In this document: piece after piece, positions 46,798-55,341 of the stretch
Numbering within the stretch: position 1 is the first letter of the stretch
Layout of the letters: every line of letters starts with the position of its first letter
NCBI GenBank assembly: GCA_016186205.1
Contig: JACPMA010000017.1
Span: 56,777-120,776 of the forward strand
Direction: 5' to 3'
Origin: Candidatus Peregrinibacteria bacterium
GTDB taxonomy: Bacteria; Patescibacteriota; Gracilibacteria; UBA1369; UM-FILTER-53-11
Length of the DNA stretch: 64,000 nucleotides
The notes under the pieces: generated by a model
Told to the model about the DNA's origin: nothing
The model's database searches: none
What the model saw: the letters and a program-made list of their open reading frames with translations, nothing else
Program-made: the position numbers and the translations under genes

Positions 46798-47766
46798 ATG
46801 GGAGCTCCAGTTTCTGTAACACCGACCGATGCTATCGCCACGCGAAAAGCCTTTGGCGAAGCCCTCGCGCTGGCCGGTGAAAAATACAAAAATATCGTGG
46901 TGCTCGATGCGGATCTCACGACTTCCGTGATGACTCATTTTTTCGAAAAGAAATTTCCTGACAGGCATTTTAATATAGGCATTTCAGAGCAGGATTTGGT
47001 TGATACATCAGCCGGACTCGCCATGGCGGGCAAACTGCCGATTGCTTGTTCATTTGCCATTTTTTTGACCGGCATCGGATGGCAGCAAATTCGTAACGGC
47101 GTGTGTTATCCGAATTTGAATGTAAAATTTTTCGGCTCGCACGGCGGCATTCAAATCGGCGAAGACGGCGCAACGCACCAAGCGCTTGAAGATTTTGCGG
47201 TTATGCGCGTAATTCCGAACATGAAAGTTTTTTGTCCGGCAGACGCTATTGAAATGAAAAAAATGCTGCCTGTGATTTTAGCGGATTACGGTCCGACCTA
47301 CGTTCGCCTTGGCCGGCAACCCGTGCAGGTCATTTATGATGATAAATACGAATTTCACATCGGAAAAGGAAGCGTGATTACGGATGGTGATGATATCGGC
47401 ATTATCGCGGTGGGAAGTTTAGTTGGGAGCTGTCTCCAAGCTGCAAAGAAATTGCGCGAGGAAGGTATTTCTGTGCGCGTGGTGAATATGAGTTCCATAA
47501 AACCGATCGATGGCGTGTTGGTTGAAGAGACCGCGCGAAAAGTAAAAATGCTTGTTACGGCCGAAGATCATCAAATTACAGGAGGATTAGCCGGCGCCGT
47601 AGCAGAAACCCTTTGTCAGACAAAACCGCGAACCTTTCATCGCATCGGAATGAAGGACGCTTTTGGAGAATCTGGAAAGACGGCGGATCTCTACAAAAAA
47701 TATAAATTCGATGCAGCCGGAGTTTACGAACAGATAAAAGAATGGTGGAATGAGTACAAAAAATGA
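46798..47766 (+). CDS. Transketolase, C-terminal subunit
   Basis: ATR..FG..L, GISEQ, GEDG.THQ, ED.A..R, S.KP.D, AEDH. Confidence 0.93.
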   Translation: MGAPVSVTPTDAIATRKAFGEALALAGEKYKNIVVLDADLTTSVMTHFFEKKFPDRHFNIGISEQDLVDTSAGLAMAGKLPIACSFAIFLTGIGWQQIRNGVCYPNLNVKFFGSHGGIQIGEDGATHQALEDFAVMRVIPNMKVFCPADAIEMKKMLPVILADYGPTYVRLGRQPVQVIYDDKYEFHIGKGSVITDGDDIGIIAVGSLVGSCLQAAKKLREEGISVRVVNMSSIKPIDGVLVEETARKVKMLVTAEDHQITGGLAGAVAETLCQTKPRTFHRIGMKDAFGESGKTADLYKKYKFDAAGVYEQIKEWWNEYKK

Positions 47767-47787
47767 TATAATTAGGCCTAAGCTTAT

Positions 47788-48735
47788 ATGATAGAGCCTA
47801 AAATAAAACTTTTCGCCGGATCTTCTCATCCGCAGTTGACAGCCGCGATTTCAAAATTGCTGAAAGTGCCGGTTTCGCCGCTCGATATTCGGCGTTTTGC
47901 TTCAAACGAAATTTATGCAAAACCAGGAGAGACCGTTCGTAACGCCGATGTATTTGTCATACAAACCGGTACGCAAAACGTGAATGAAGACTTGATTGAG
48001 CTTTTTATCATGCTGGACAGCTTTAAGCGTTCATTTGCCGCAAAAGTGCACGTTGTAATGCCGTATTTTCCGTATGCGCGCCAAGATCGCGTGGCTGCTC
48101 CGCGCGAACCTATTTCCGCAAAACTCATGGCTGATTTGGTTTCAAAAGCCGGCGCAGATCACGTTATTACATTCACGCTTCACAGCGATCAAGAGCAGGG
48201 ATTTTTTGACTTTCCGGTGGACAATCTCACGGCGCGGATGCTTTTTGCGGATTATCTTAAAAAGAAAAAACTGAAGGATCTCACCGTTGTAGCGCCGGAC
48301 GTGGGGAGCGCGAAGGAAGCCCAGCGCTTAGCCAAAATTTTAAACGCAGAACTTGCGATTATTAATAAAACCCGACCGGCTGCAAATGTTTCGGAAGTGA
48401 CGCATGTGGTTGGTAACGTTACAGGCCGCACGTGCATTCTTTATGATGATTTGGTTGATACGGCAGGGTCTGTGGCAAACGCCGTTGCCGCTTTAAGAAA
48501 GCAGCACGCGAATAAAGATTTTTATCTTGCTGCAACCCATGCGGTGCTTTCGCAAAATGCGCACAAAAAACTCCGCGCTGCGAAATTTAAAGAAATCATT
48601 TTCACCGACACTATCCCGATTTCAAAACAGAAACGCCTTCCAAATATGAAAATTATTTCCGTTGCTCCTTTGCTCGCCGCGGTTATTCATAACGTGCATG
48701 AGGGCAAGCCTTTAACTCCACTTGTTAATTCATGA
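47788..48735 (+). CDS. prs: Ribose-phosphate pyrophosphokinase
   Basis: PYFPYARQDR, APD.G, DDLVDTAGS, TH. Confidence 0.96.
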   Translation: MIEPKIKLFAGSSHPQLTAAISKLLKVPVSPLDIRRFASNEIYAKPGETVRNADVFVIQTGTQNVNEDLIELFIMLDSFKRSFAAKVHVVMPYFPYARQDRVAAPREPISAKLMADLVSKAGADHVITFTLHSDQEQGFFDFPVDNLTARMLFADYLKKKKLKDLTVVAPDVGSAKEAQRLAKILNAELAIINKTRPAANVSEVTHVVGNVTGRTCILYDDLVDTAGSVANAVAALRKQHANKDFYLAATHAVLSQNAHKKLRAAKFKEIIFTDTIPISKQKRLPNMKIISVAPLLAAVIHNVHEGKPLTPLVNS

Positions 48736-49181
48736 AAGAAACATTTGTTTATATCGGCTCCGACCACGCGGGTTTTGATTTAAAGCAGGCGCTCCAAAAA
48801 CATCTTCAAAGCCAGAATTATAAAGTAGTCGATCTCGGCGTTTTTGCGGTAGAACCGCCTGCGGATTATCCTGATATCGCTCACGAAGTGGCAGAAAAAG
48901 TTCGAGAAAATCACGGCGGACGCGGAATACTTGTCTGCGGAACCGGCGTTGGAATGTGCATGGCTGCAAATAAAAGCCCCGGCATCCGCGCCGCGGTTTG
49001 TGAAAGCGCGCAAACCGTGGAAATGTCGCGCCGCCATAACGACGCCAATATTCTTTGTCTCGGCGGCCGCGTTTTAAAGCCAGAAATCGCCGTGCAATTT
49101 GTAGATATTTTTATGAAAACGCCGTTTGAAGGCGAAGAACGGCATGTGAGGCGCGTTAATAAAATAGATAAAAAATCATGA
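48732..49181 (+). CDS. rpiB: Ribose-5-phosphate isomerase B
   Basis: GSDHAG, DYPD, CGTGVG, HNDAN, RH.RR. Confidence 0.96.
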   Translation: MKETFVYIGSDHAGFDLKQALQKHLQSQNYKVVDLGVFAVEPPADYPDIAHEVAEKVRENHGGRGILVCGTGVGMCMAANKSPGIRAAVCESAQTVEMSRRHNDANILCLGGRVLKPEIAVQFVDIFMKTPFEGEERHVRRVNKIDKKS

Positions 49182-49834
49182 TACCAAAAATCCTTATTGC
49201 TCCATCAATCCTTTCCGCTGACTTCGGACGGCTAAACGAAGACATAAAAACCGTTGAGCCTTACAGCGACATGATCCATGTGGACATTATGGATGGCCAC
49301 TTTGTGCCTAACATTACGTTTGGCCCGCCTGTTGTCGCCAAGCTGAAATGCGGACGGCCGATCGATGTGCATTTGATGATTGAAAATCCGCAGGATTATT
49401 TGGAAGATTTTGCAAAAGCAGTGAGCAAGGCCCATGGAAAGCGCGGTGATTGTTATCTTACTGTTCATCAAGAAACATGCACTCATCTTCATCGCGCGGT
49501 TCAACAAATTAAAAAATTAGGCATGAAGGCTGCCGTGGCTTTAAATCCAGCCACGCCGCTATACACAATCGAGCCTATTTTGAAGGATTTTGACATGGTG
49601 CTTTTGATGACTGTAAACCCGGGTTTTGGAGGACAAGAATTTATCGATTCCGTGTTGCCAAAAATTCAGACGCTTCGCAATAAAGCTCCAAAATTAAATA
49701 TTCAAGTTGACGGCGGCATTAATGATAAAACGGCAAAACTTGCTGTTCGTGCAGGAGCCAACATTTTAGTGGCCGGTTCTTATATTTTTGGAGCAAAAGA
49801 TCAAAAAAAGGCCATAGAAAGCCTTAGAGTCTAG
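49178..49834 (+). CDS. rpe: Ribulose-phosphate 3-epimerase
   Basis: APSILSADF, HVDIMDGHFVPN, MTVNPGFGGQ, VDGGI. Confidence 0.97.
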   Translation: MIPKILIAPSILSADFGRLNEDIKTVEPYSDMIHVDIMDGHFVPNITFGPPVVAKLKCGRPIDVHLMIENPQDYLEDFAKAVSKAHGKRGDCYLTVHQETCTHLHRAVQQIKKLGMKAAVALNPATPLYTIEPILKDFDMVLLMTVNPGFGGQEFIDSVLPKIQTLRNKAPKLNIQVDGGINDKTAKLAVRAGANILVAGSYIFGAKDQKKAIESLRV

Positions 49835-49835
49835 G

Positions 49836-49878
49836 TTGCATATTACACAAAAATATGTTACTATAGAACTAGTACTAG
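49836..49878 (+). promoter_or_regulatory. Sigma70 promoter for the repeat-peptide gene, with a palindrome at the predicted +1
   Basis: TTGCAT (49836-41), 17-nt spacer ending TGT, TACTAT (49859-64); CTAGTACTAG at 49869-78. Confidence 0.6.
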
Positions 49879-49902
49879 GCTGAACCATTAACAGAAATAA
49901 AT

Positions 49903-50157
49903 ATGCCACATGCAATTTCTCAATATAAGCAAAAGATTTTTTGGATTGTAATCGCCATACTTGCGGCCGTATCGCTTGCCGTGTTGTTTTCGTTTGTGAA
50001 TAATAAGCAAATAGCCGATCAAGCAAAAACATCCGTCATTAATGGCGTCGGGATTTCTCCGGAACCATTTGGCCGGAGAGGTATTTCTCCAGAACCCTTC
50101 GGCAGACGCGGAATAAGCCCAGAACCATTTGGCCGGAACGCGCGTCGATATCGTTAA
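49903..50157 (+). CDS. 84-aa exported precursor peptide with 3x GISPEPFGR(R/N) repeats
   Basis: Basic N-region plus ~20-aa hydrophobic helix; repeats differ only at synonymous sites over 9 codons; has its own promoter. Confidence 0.85.
   Translation: MPHAISQYKQKIFWIVIAILAAVSLAVLFSFVNNKQIADQAKTSVINGVGISPEPFGRRGISPEPFGRRGISPEPFGRNARRYR
50050..50139 (+). repeat. Three tandem 30-nt coding repeats
   Basis: GGGATTTCTCCGGAACCATTTGGCCGGAGA / GGTATTTCTCCAGAACCCTTCGGCAGACGC / GGAATAAGCCCAGAACCATTTGGCCGGAAC. Confidence 0.95.
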
Positions 50158-50158
50158 T

Positions 50159-51544
50159 TTACGCTGATGCAAAAAGAGTCGCCTTCGGTCTTTTAACAAT
50201 GATCCCGACTTGCTTTGCCAAATTGCGCAGCGATTCTTCAGCCCAGCGCACCACGCGCAAATCAGCACGCTCAAAAAATAATTCCGTGGCTTGTTCAATA
50301 TACGGTTTAGCTTGCTCCGGTCCCGCCAAAGCAAGAAGAATTCCTCCGCTGTTGATAAGCACTGAAAGCAAAAGCTCAATATTGCCGGATCCGGCCTCAA
50401 GAGCTTTTTGATTCGAAGCAAGAGCCATTTTGAGTTCATCCTCGCCGGCAGGATCATGCCATCCAAACCGCAAAAGTTCTCCATAGAGAATATCCACCAT
50501 GCCCCTCATAAGAGGATTTTTCGCTTGTTCGCTTAGAATTTGCATATGGCCGATAGCCTGCGAAGCATCGGAAAACATTCTTGAATTTCCAGGAACCGCC
50601 GCCGCTTTCAAGCAAAGAATCTTTGCAAGATTGTAAGCCGTTCTCAATAATTCGCCGCCTTCAGTTTCTAGCCCAGACGTTTTTTCGAGCAAAGCCATAG
50701 CGCGCCTCGTATGAGCTTCCGCTGTTTCTAAAAGGTTAAGCTGCTCTTTGCGTAGCCGCATTATGCCTCCCTCGTCGCAATATGGTTTTGCTTTTACGAA
50801 AAAATCGCGCCGCTCCTCGGCTTTCTTAAGATAAGAAGCGCCGATAAGCCTTCGATGATCAGCCTCAACCCTTGGTTTCTCAAATTCCGGCAAAGCTTCG
50901 CCAAGCTGAATGGTTTCATCATAGCCGGAAAGAGCAGAGCCTTCATTATCGCCAACAGCATTGTAGCCGCGTCGAAAAGCAAGTGCGAGTTCAGTGATGC
51001 GGAGAATGTCATCATAGGAAATACCTAAGCGTTGCTGTATATCCAAAAGTAGACGCACATTATCTTGGAATAAATCTTGTGTTGCTTGGGTAATTTCCCG
51101 AACGCGAAGAGTTTTGAAAAGAAACCAAAGAACTTCATGCGTTTGCTCCGGCGTGAGCCGCGAGTCATTTTCAGCAAGCGTCCGAAAAGTTTCATACGCC
51201 TTCATCGTGTTTCCTATAAGAAAGTAGAGCTTTCCTTGTTCGATAGAAAGCTGCGGTGTGTATTTCATTTTATGAGCCCACTCGAGCAATACGATTGCAG
51301 CAGGAAAATTTTTGGCATGCAGCTCGCGTTCATACGCCAGCATGGCGACAGCAAACTTTTTTTCAGAATCAGTTTCGCCATCTATGACTGCCGCAACTTC
51401 ACGGTTTACGGCTGTTGCTTCAAGCTCAACTGTGCCGCCAGTTTGTGTTTCTTCATGCTGTGCAAGCTCACGGATGCGGGCAAGCACTGCCTGTCCTCGT
51501 TCATGGGGAGCAAGGTCATGATCTGGAGATTGAGGAGCGTCCAT
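50159..51544 (-). CDS. All-helical TPR-like protein
   Basis: TPR-type helix pairs (QGKLYFLIGNTMKAYETF; AYNLAKIL; NSGGILLALAGPEQAKPYIEQATEL); no signal peptide. Confidence 0.65.
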   Translation of the reverse strand: MDAPQSPDHDLAPHERGQAVLARIRELAQHEETQTGGTVELEATAVNREVAAVIDGETDSEKKFAVAMLAYERELHAKNFPAAIVLLEWAHKMKYTPQLSIEQGKLYFLIGNTMKAYETFRTLAENDSRLTPEQTHEVLWFLFKTLRVREITQATQDLFQDNVRLLLDIQQRLGISYDDILRITELALAFRRGYNAVGDNEGSALSGYDETIQLGEALPEFEKPRVEADHRRLIGASYLKKAEERRDFFVKAKPYCDEGGIMRLRKEQLNLLETAEAHTRRAMALLEKTSGLETEGGELLRTAYNLAKILCLKAAAVPGNSRMFSDASQAIGHMQILSEQAKNPLMRGMVDILYGELLRFGWHDPAGEDELKMALASNQKALEAGSGNIELLLSVLINSGGILLALAGPEQAKPYIEQATELFFERADLRVVRWAEESLRNLAKQVGIIVKRPKATLFASA

Positions 51545-51653
51545 AGGCTTTTAAAAAGGCATTCAGTATAGCATTTTAGACCATCTTGCCAAAGATCAAT
51601 TTTGTCTGTAAATTTTGGGCCAATGAGGCCTTATTTATTAACTTTGTATTTGT

Positions 51654-52883
51654 ATGATTATCGCCACGCTCCGCGAAGTAAAGGACAACGAGAACCGGGT
51701 CGGCTTAACGCCGCATGGCGTAAAGGCATTGGTTGATGCCGGACACACCGTGATCGTGGAGCGTCAGGCTGGCTGGGGGTCGGGTTTTCCAGACAGTATG
51801 TATGAAGAAGTAGGCGCAAATCTTCGCGATAGCGCGTATGACATTGTGCAGCGTGCGGAATTGATTGTAAAAATAAAAGAACCGGTGCCTGCAGAGTATT
51901 ATTGGCTTGATCTTTTTAGAGGCAAGACGCTTTTTACATATCTCCATCTTTCCGGCGTAGATCCGAAGCTTACCGATAAACTTATTGAAAATAATATTAC
52001 GGCGATTGCGTATGAAACTGTGGCAAAAGACGGCGGGTTGCCTTTGCTCGCTCCAATGAGCCAAGTTGCAGGCGTACTTGCGTGTCAGTACGGCGCCCAT
52101 TATTTGCAAAAGAAACATGGAGGAGTCGGCGTATCGCTCGGCCACATTGACGGTGCGGATCACGCTTTAACACTTATTATGGGAGCAGGATTTGTAGGAA
52201 GAACCGCGGCTGTTACTGCCGGAGGAATGGGCGGCGATGTTGTTCTTTTGGATATTAATCCGCAAGCCATCGAGCGCGCCAAGGATGAAATCCATGCCTG
52301 TCTAGGCCCGAAACTTTCTCGCAATGTGACCGTACAGGTTTCCAACCAAAAAATCCTGGAGCAATGGGTCAAGAAAGCCGATTTGCTCATCGGCGCCGTG
52401 CTCATCCCGGGGGCTAAAGCTCCGCAAGTTGTTAGCGAAAAAATGATTCATTCCATGAAACGCGGGGCGGTGATTGTGGATGTGGCGATCGATCAAGGGG
52501 GATGCATTTGGGGCTCGCAGCCGACATCGCACCGGCATCCGATTTACGATTTGGACGGAAAGATTTACTGCTGTATTCCGAATATGCCCGGGCAAGTGGC
52601 GCATCAGTCTACGCAGGCGCTGACGAGCGCAACGCTTCCATATATTCTTGAAATTGCAGAAGTAGGATCCACCGCAGCGCTGAAGAAAAATCAGAATTTG
52701 AGAAAGGGCCTTAATGCGTTTGGCGGAAAGATTACTTATGAATCCGTGGCCCGCGACCTCAAACTTGAACGTCTTTATGTTCCGCCGGAAAAATTATTAA
52801 GTGTTGGCGCGGATACCGGCCGCGCCCAGCGTTCTATACGGAAAACAAAGCTGGTTCAAAGAAAGTCTGTAAAAAGAGCGTAG
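51654..52883 (+). CDS. ald: Alanine dehydrogenase
   Basis: E.K..E.RVGLTP, K.KEP, FTYLHL, LLAPMS.VAG, DVAIDQGG, NMPG. Confidence 0.95.
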   Translation: MIIATLREVKDNENRVGLTPHGVKALVDAGHTVIVERQAGWGSGFPDSMYEEVGANLRDSAYDIVQRAELIVKIKEPVPAEYYWLDLFRGKTLFTYLHLSGVDPKLTDKLIENNITAIAYETVAKDGGLPLLAPMSQVAGVLACQYGAHYLQKKHGGVGVSLGHIDGADHALTLIMGAGFVGRTAAVTAGGMGGDVVLLDINPQAIERAKDEIHACLGPKLSRNVTVQVSNQKILEQWVKKADLLIGAVLIPGAKAPQVVSEKMIHSMKRGAVIVDVAIDQGGCIWGSQPTSHRHPIYDLDGKIYCCIPNMPGQVAHQSTQALTSATLPYILEIAEVGSTAALKKNQNLRKGLNAFGGKITYESVARDLKLERLYVPPEKLLSVGADTGRAQRSIRKTKLVQRKSVKRA

Positions 52884-52912
52884 GTTTGTGTTTTGTGAGT
52901 CTCCATGTCGGA

Positions 52913-53012
52913 GCGTAATAAGTTCTTCCTTGCTGCGAGGCCACGGGCCGAGCGCGAATCGAGCGAAAAAATCTGGCTCTGCCAGTTTTTGAGCGAAGTT
53001 GAGCTTATAAAT
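52913..53012 (-). repeat. ~100-bp tRNA-associated repeat, copy B (directly after the CCA of tRNA-Arg)
   Basis: Reverse complement ATTTATAAGCTCAACTTCGCTCAAAAACTGGCAGAGCCAGATT... aligns to 14872-14972. Confidence 0.85.
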
Positions 53013-53087
53013 TGGTGCGCCCGCCAGGAATCGAACCTGGATCAGAAGCTCCGCAAGCTTCCATTCTATCCGTTGAACTACGGGCGC
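53013..53087 (-). tRNA. tRNA-Arg (GCG)
   Basis: Reverse complement GCGCCCGTAGTTCAACGGATAGAAT-G-GAAGC-TTGCGGA-GCTTC...GGTTCGATTCC...ACCA. Confidence 0.93.
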
Positions 53088-53145
53088 TCGAGATACGCAT
53101 TCTATTTTATACACAAGCCATTGGAATTGGTATAGTGGATGTACC

Positions 53146-54195
53146 ATGGCGCTTTTTCAGTTTTTTGCCCTCATTCCATTTACGGTTTTTAGCGTTCAGG
53201 CAGCGCCGGTGCCGGATTTTCAAGCGCCGCTCCACGGTATTTATCTCACGAGCTATACGGTTGCGAATAAGCAGGGAGAAAATATAATGGCACAGTTTGC
53301 GAAACTCGGCGGCAATATGATTGTGTTTGATGTTCAGGATTCCGGCGGCCGCCTGTCATATCCTTCAAATCTTCCTCTTTCTATTGAGCTCGACAATCGG
53401 AATAATAAAATTCCAGATCTTGCCGCAACGGTCAAAAAAATTCACGATCAAGGTTTTTATGCCACTGCGCGTTTTGTACTTTTTAAAAATACATATCTTG
53501 CTGCGCGAAAACCGGCCTGGACCCTCAAGCAGCGAAAAACCGGAAAAACTTTTTTCAGCCGCGATGGGCCGATTTGGCTTGATCCAGGCAATGCCGAGCT
53601 TAAAGAATATCTTATTGATATCGGGCGCGAACTCGCTGCGGCAGGCGTGGATGAAATTCAATTTGATTATGTGCGTTTTCCGGAAGGCGGACGTGGCGGA
53701 TATGTCGGCTACCGTTTTACAGGTGATGAAACGTTTTCTCGCGACCAAGCCCTGACCAATTTTGTTTCCGAAATTGCCACCGAGCTCCATTATTTGGGAA
53801 TAAAGGTAAGCGTGGATGTTTTTGGGATTGTCGTTTGGGATAACGTGAGCTGGAAAGTCATCGGTCAAAATGTCGGCGAGCTGGCGAAACATGTTGATGC
53901 GATTTATCCGATGCCATACCCTTCGCATTTTGGATACGGTTGGGGAGGCCATCGAAATCCTGCGGATGAGCCGTATTTTTTTGTGAAGGAAACCACGAAG
54001 AAATTTGTAGAGCAGACAAAAGGAACAGATGCTCAAATTCGTCCGTGGCTTCAAGGGTTTGCCATGCGGGTTACAAAATACGGTCCAGGTTATGTGCGCG
54101 AGCAAATCCGCGCTTTGCGCGACATCGGCATAGAAGAATTTTCGATTTGGAATGCGGCGAATAATTACGGCATTGTCTTTAAAGGTTTGGAATAA
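53146..54195 (+). CDS. Putative glycoside hydrolase (DUF4015-like TIM barrel), exported
   Basis: GIY, W.DP, G.DEIQFDY.RFP, S.DVFG, IGQ, PM.YPSH, RPWLQ.F, WNA.N.Y. Confidence 0.85.
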   Translation: MALFQFFALIPFTVFSVQAAPVPDFQAPLHGIYLTSYTVANKQGENIMAQFAKLGGNMIVFDVQDSGGRLSYPSNLPLSIELDNRNNKIPDLAATVKKIHDQGFYATARFVLFKNTYLAARKPAWTLKQRKTGKTFFSRDGPIWLDPGNAELKEYLIDIGRELAAAGVDEIQFDYVRFPEGGRGGYVGYRFTGDETFSRDQALTNFVSEIATELHYLGIKVSVDVFGIVVWDNVSWKVIGQNVGELAKHVDAIYPMPYPSHFGYGWGGHRNPADEPYFFVKETTKKFVEQTKGTDAQIRPWLQGFAMRVTKYGPGYVREQIRALRDIGIEEFSIWNAANNYGIVFKGLE

Positions 54196-54198
54196 AAA

Positions 54199-54245
54199 GA
54201 GCGGAGGTTTGGGTCTTGTGGGTTTCCGCTCCGAGGCGGACTGAA
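54199..54245 (+). repeat. Partial family-P element
   Basis: GGGTCTTGTGGGTTTCCGCTCCGAGG. Confidence 0.6.
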
Positions 54246-54253
54246 ATAACTGC

Positions 54254-54297
54254 AAAAAACCCGCCCTTTTCATCTCGATCGTATGGGCGGATTTTTT
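54254..54297. terminator. Probable bidirectional terminator between convergent genes
   Basis: AAAAAACCCGCCC...GGGCGGATTTTTT. Confidence 0.55.
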
Positions 54298-54320
54298 ACG
54301 CTTGATTTTCAGAATTTCTA

Positions 54321-55202
54321 TTAAGCTGGCGGAGGCACAGAATCTGCTGGCGGAGTCGGCATAGATCCGCTGTCAGCCGGAGGTGCCGGAGGCGTTTCAT
54401 CTTCATCATCATTATCTCGATCTTGCATTTTCACGAGTACGACACCGACAAGAGAATGATCATTTGGATTTCTTCGCACAAGTCCGAAAATCCTATCACC
54501 TGTCTGGAAATCAGCAAGCGTTCCTGCGCGCGCACCATCATCTTCGATAACGGCAAGTACAGTTTTTGCAGTGACTAAAACTTTTGCTTGCGCTCCATGT
54601 TTTTTCAAGAGTATCACGCCATTTACCGTATCCACAGAGGCAACCCACGCTTGGAGAACTTTTGGTTTTGAGAATCGGCGAGCTTGAGCTTCCGCGCGTT
54701 TAGCTTTCATTATCTTTATCCGCTCTTCTTTTTCCTGCATTCTCCGAGCGCGTTCCATGGCATCCTTTTTCTCACGCATGAGTTTTGCAAATTGAGCATC
54801 CACTTTAGCTTCAAATTTTGCTTTCTGTTTTGCTTCCCATTGCGCCTGATTTTCCATTTTTTCCTTTTGTTCCTCAAGCCGTTTATTTAACCATTCCTGA
54901 ATTTCTTTCACTTTTTTCTCTAAGACATCCCCGCTTAAAGCGCTTAATTTTGCCGTGAGCGTTGCTTGTTCTTCAAGAGAGAGAAGCGATAATTGTTCTA
55001 CAGAGAAATATGTAGAAAGATTAAATTCAACCGACGCTGAAGTGTCATTAGATGTATCTCCAGATGGAGGCGGCGTAGAACTATCTGCAGGCGGAGTAGA
55101 AGTATCCGCAGGAGGCGTAGCCCCAGCATCTTGAGCAAAAGCCGTTGCCGAGAACGCCATCAAGAGTAATCCTGCGAGGAGCGAAGTAAGAAAACGTTTC
55201 AT
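54321..55202 (-). CDS. Secreted protein with Pro-rich (TPPAD) termini, a coiled coil and a small beta domain
   Basis: Signal peptide AFA; TPPAD repeats at both ends; E/K-rich middle. Confidence 0.75.
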   Translation of the reverse strand: MKRFLTSLLAGLLLMAFSATAFAQDAGATPPADTSTPPADSSTPPPSGDTSNDTSASVEFNLSTYFSVEQLSLLSLEEQATLTAKLSALSGDVLEKKVKEIQEWLNKRLEEQKEKMENQAQWEAKQKAKFEAKVDAQFAKLMREKKDAMERARRMQEKEERIKIMKAKRAEAQARRFSKPKVLQAWVASVDTVNGVILLKKHGAQAKVLVTAKTVLAVIEDDGARAGTLADFQTGDRIFGLVRRNPNDHSLVGVVLVKMQDRDNDDEDETPPAPPADSGSMPTPPADSVPPPA

Positions 55203-55341
55203 AAAATAAAAAGGTTAGAAAATAAAATTTGAATAGAAACGAACCAGGTTCGTCAGATAGTACAAATATGCAAAATAACCGTTACATACTGGGGTTGGGA
55301 TAGCGCGAAATAGTCGGTTCTGATAGACTTATTCGGTCTTT

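Noticed and set aside
50050-50139. CRISPR array or simple VNTR interpretation of the 30-nt repeats
   Set aside because: There are no spacers and no cas genes; divergence is confined to synonymous positions, so the constraint is on the protein.
49888-50484. 198-aa minus-strand ORF covering the repeat peptide
   Set aside because: It overlaps the TPR gene out of frame, and the repeats are not conserved at amino-acid level in this frame.
52797-53287. ORFs spanning tRNA-Arg
   Set aside because: They are translations of the tRNA and its flanking repeat.
53365-54273. 302-aa minus-strand ORF
   Set aside because: Antisense to the well-supported glycoside hydrolase gene and has no motifs.
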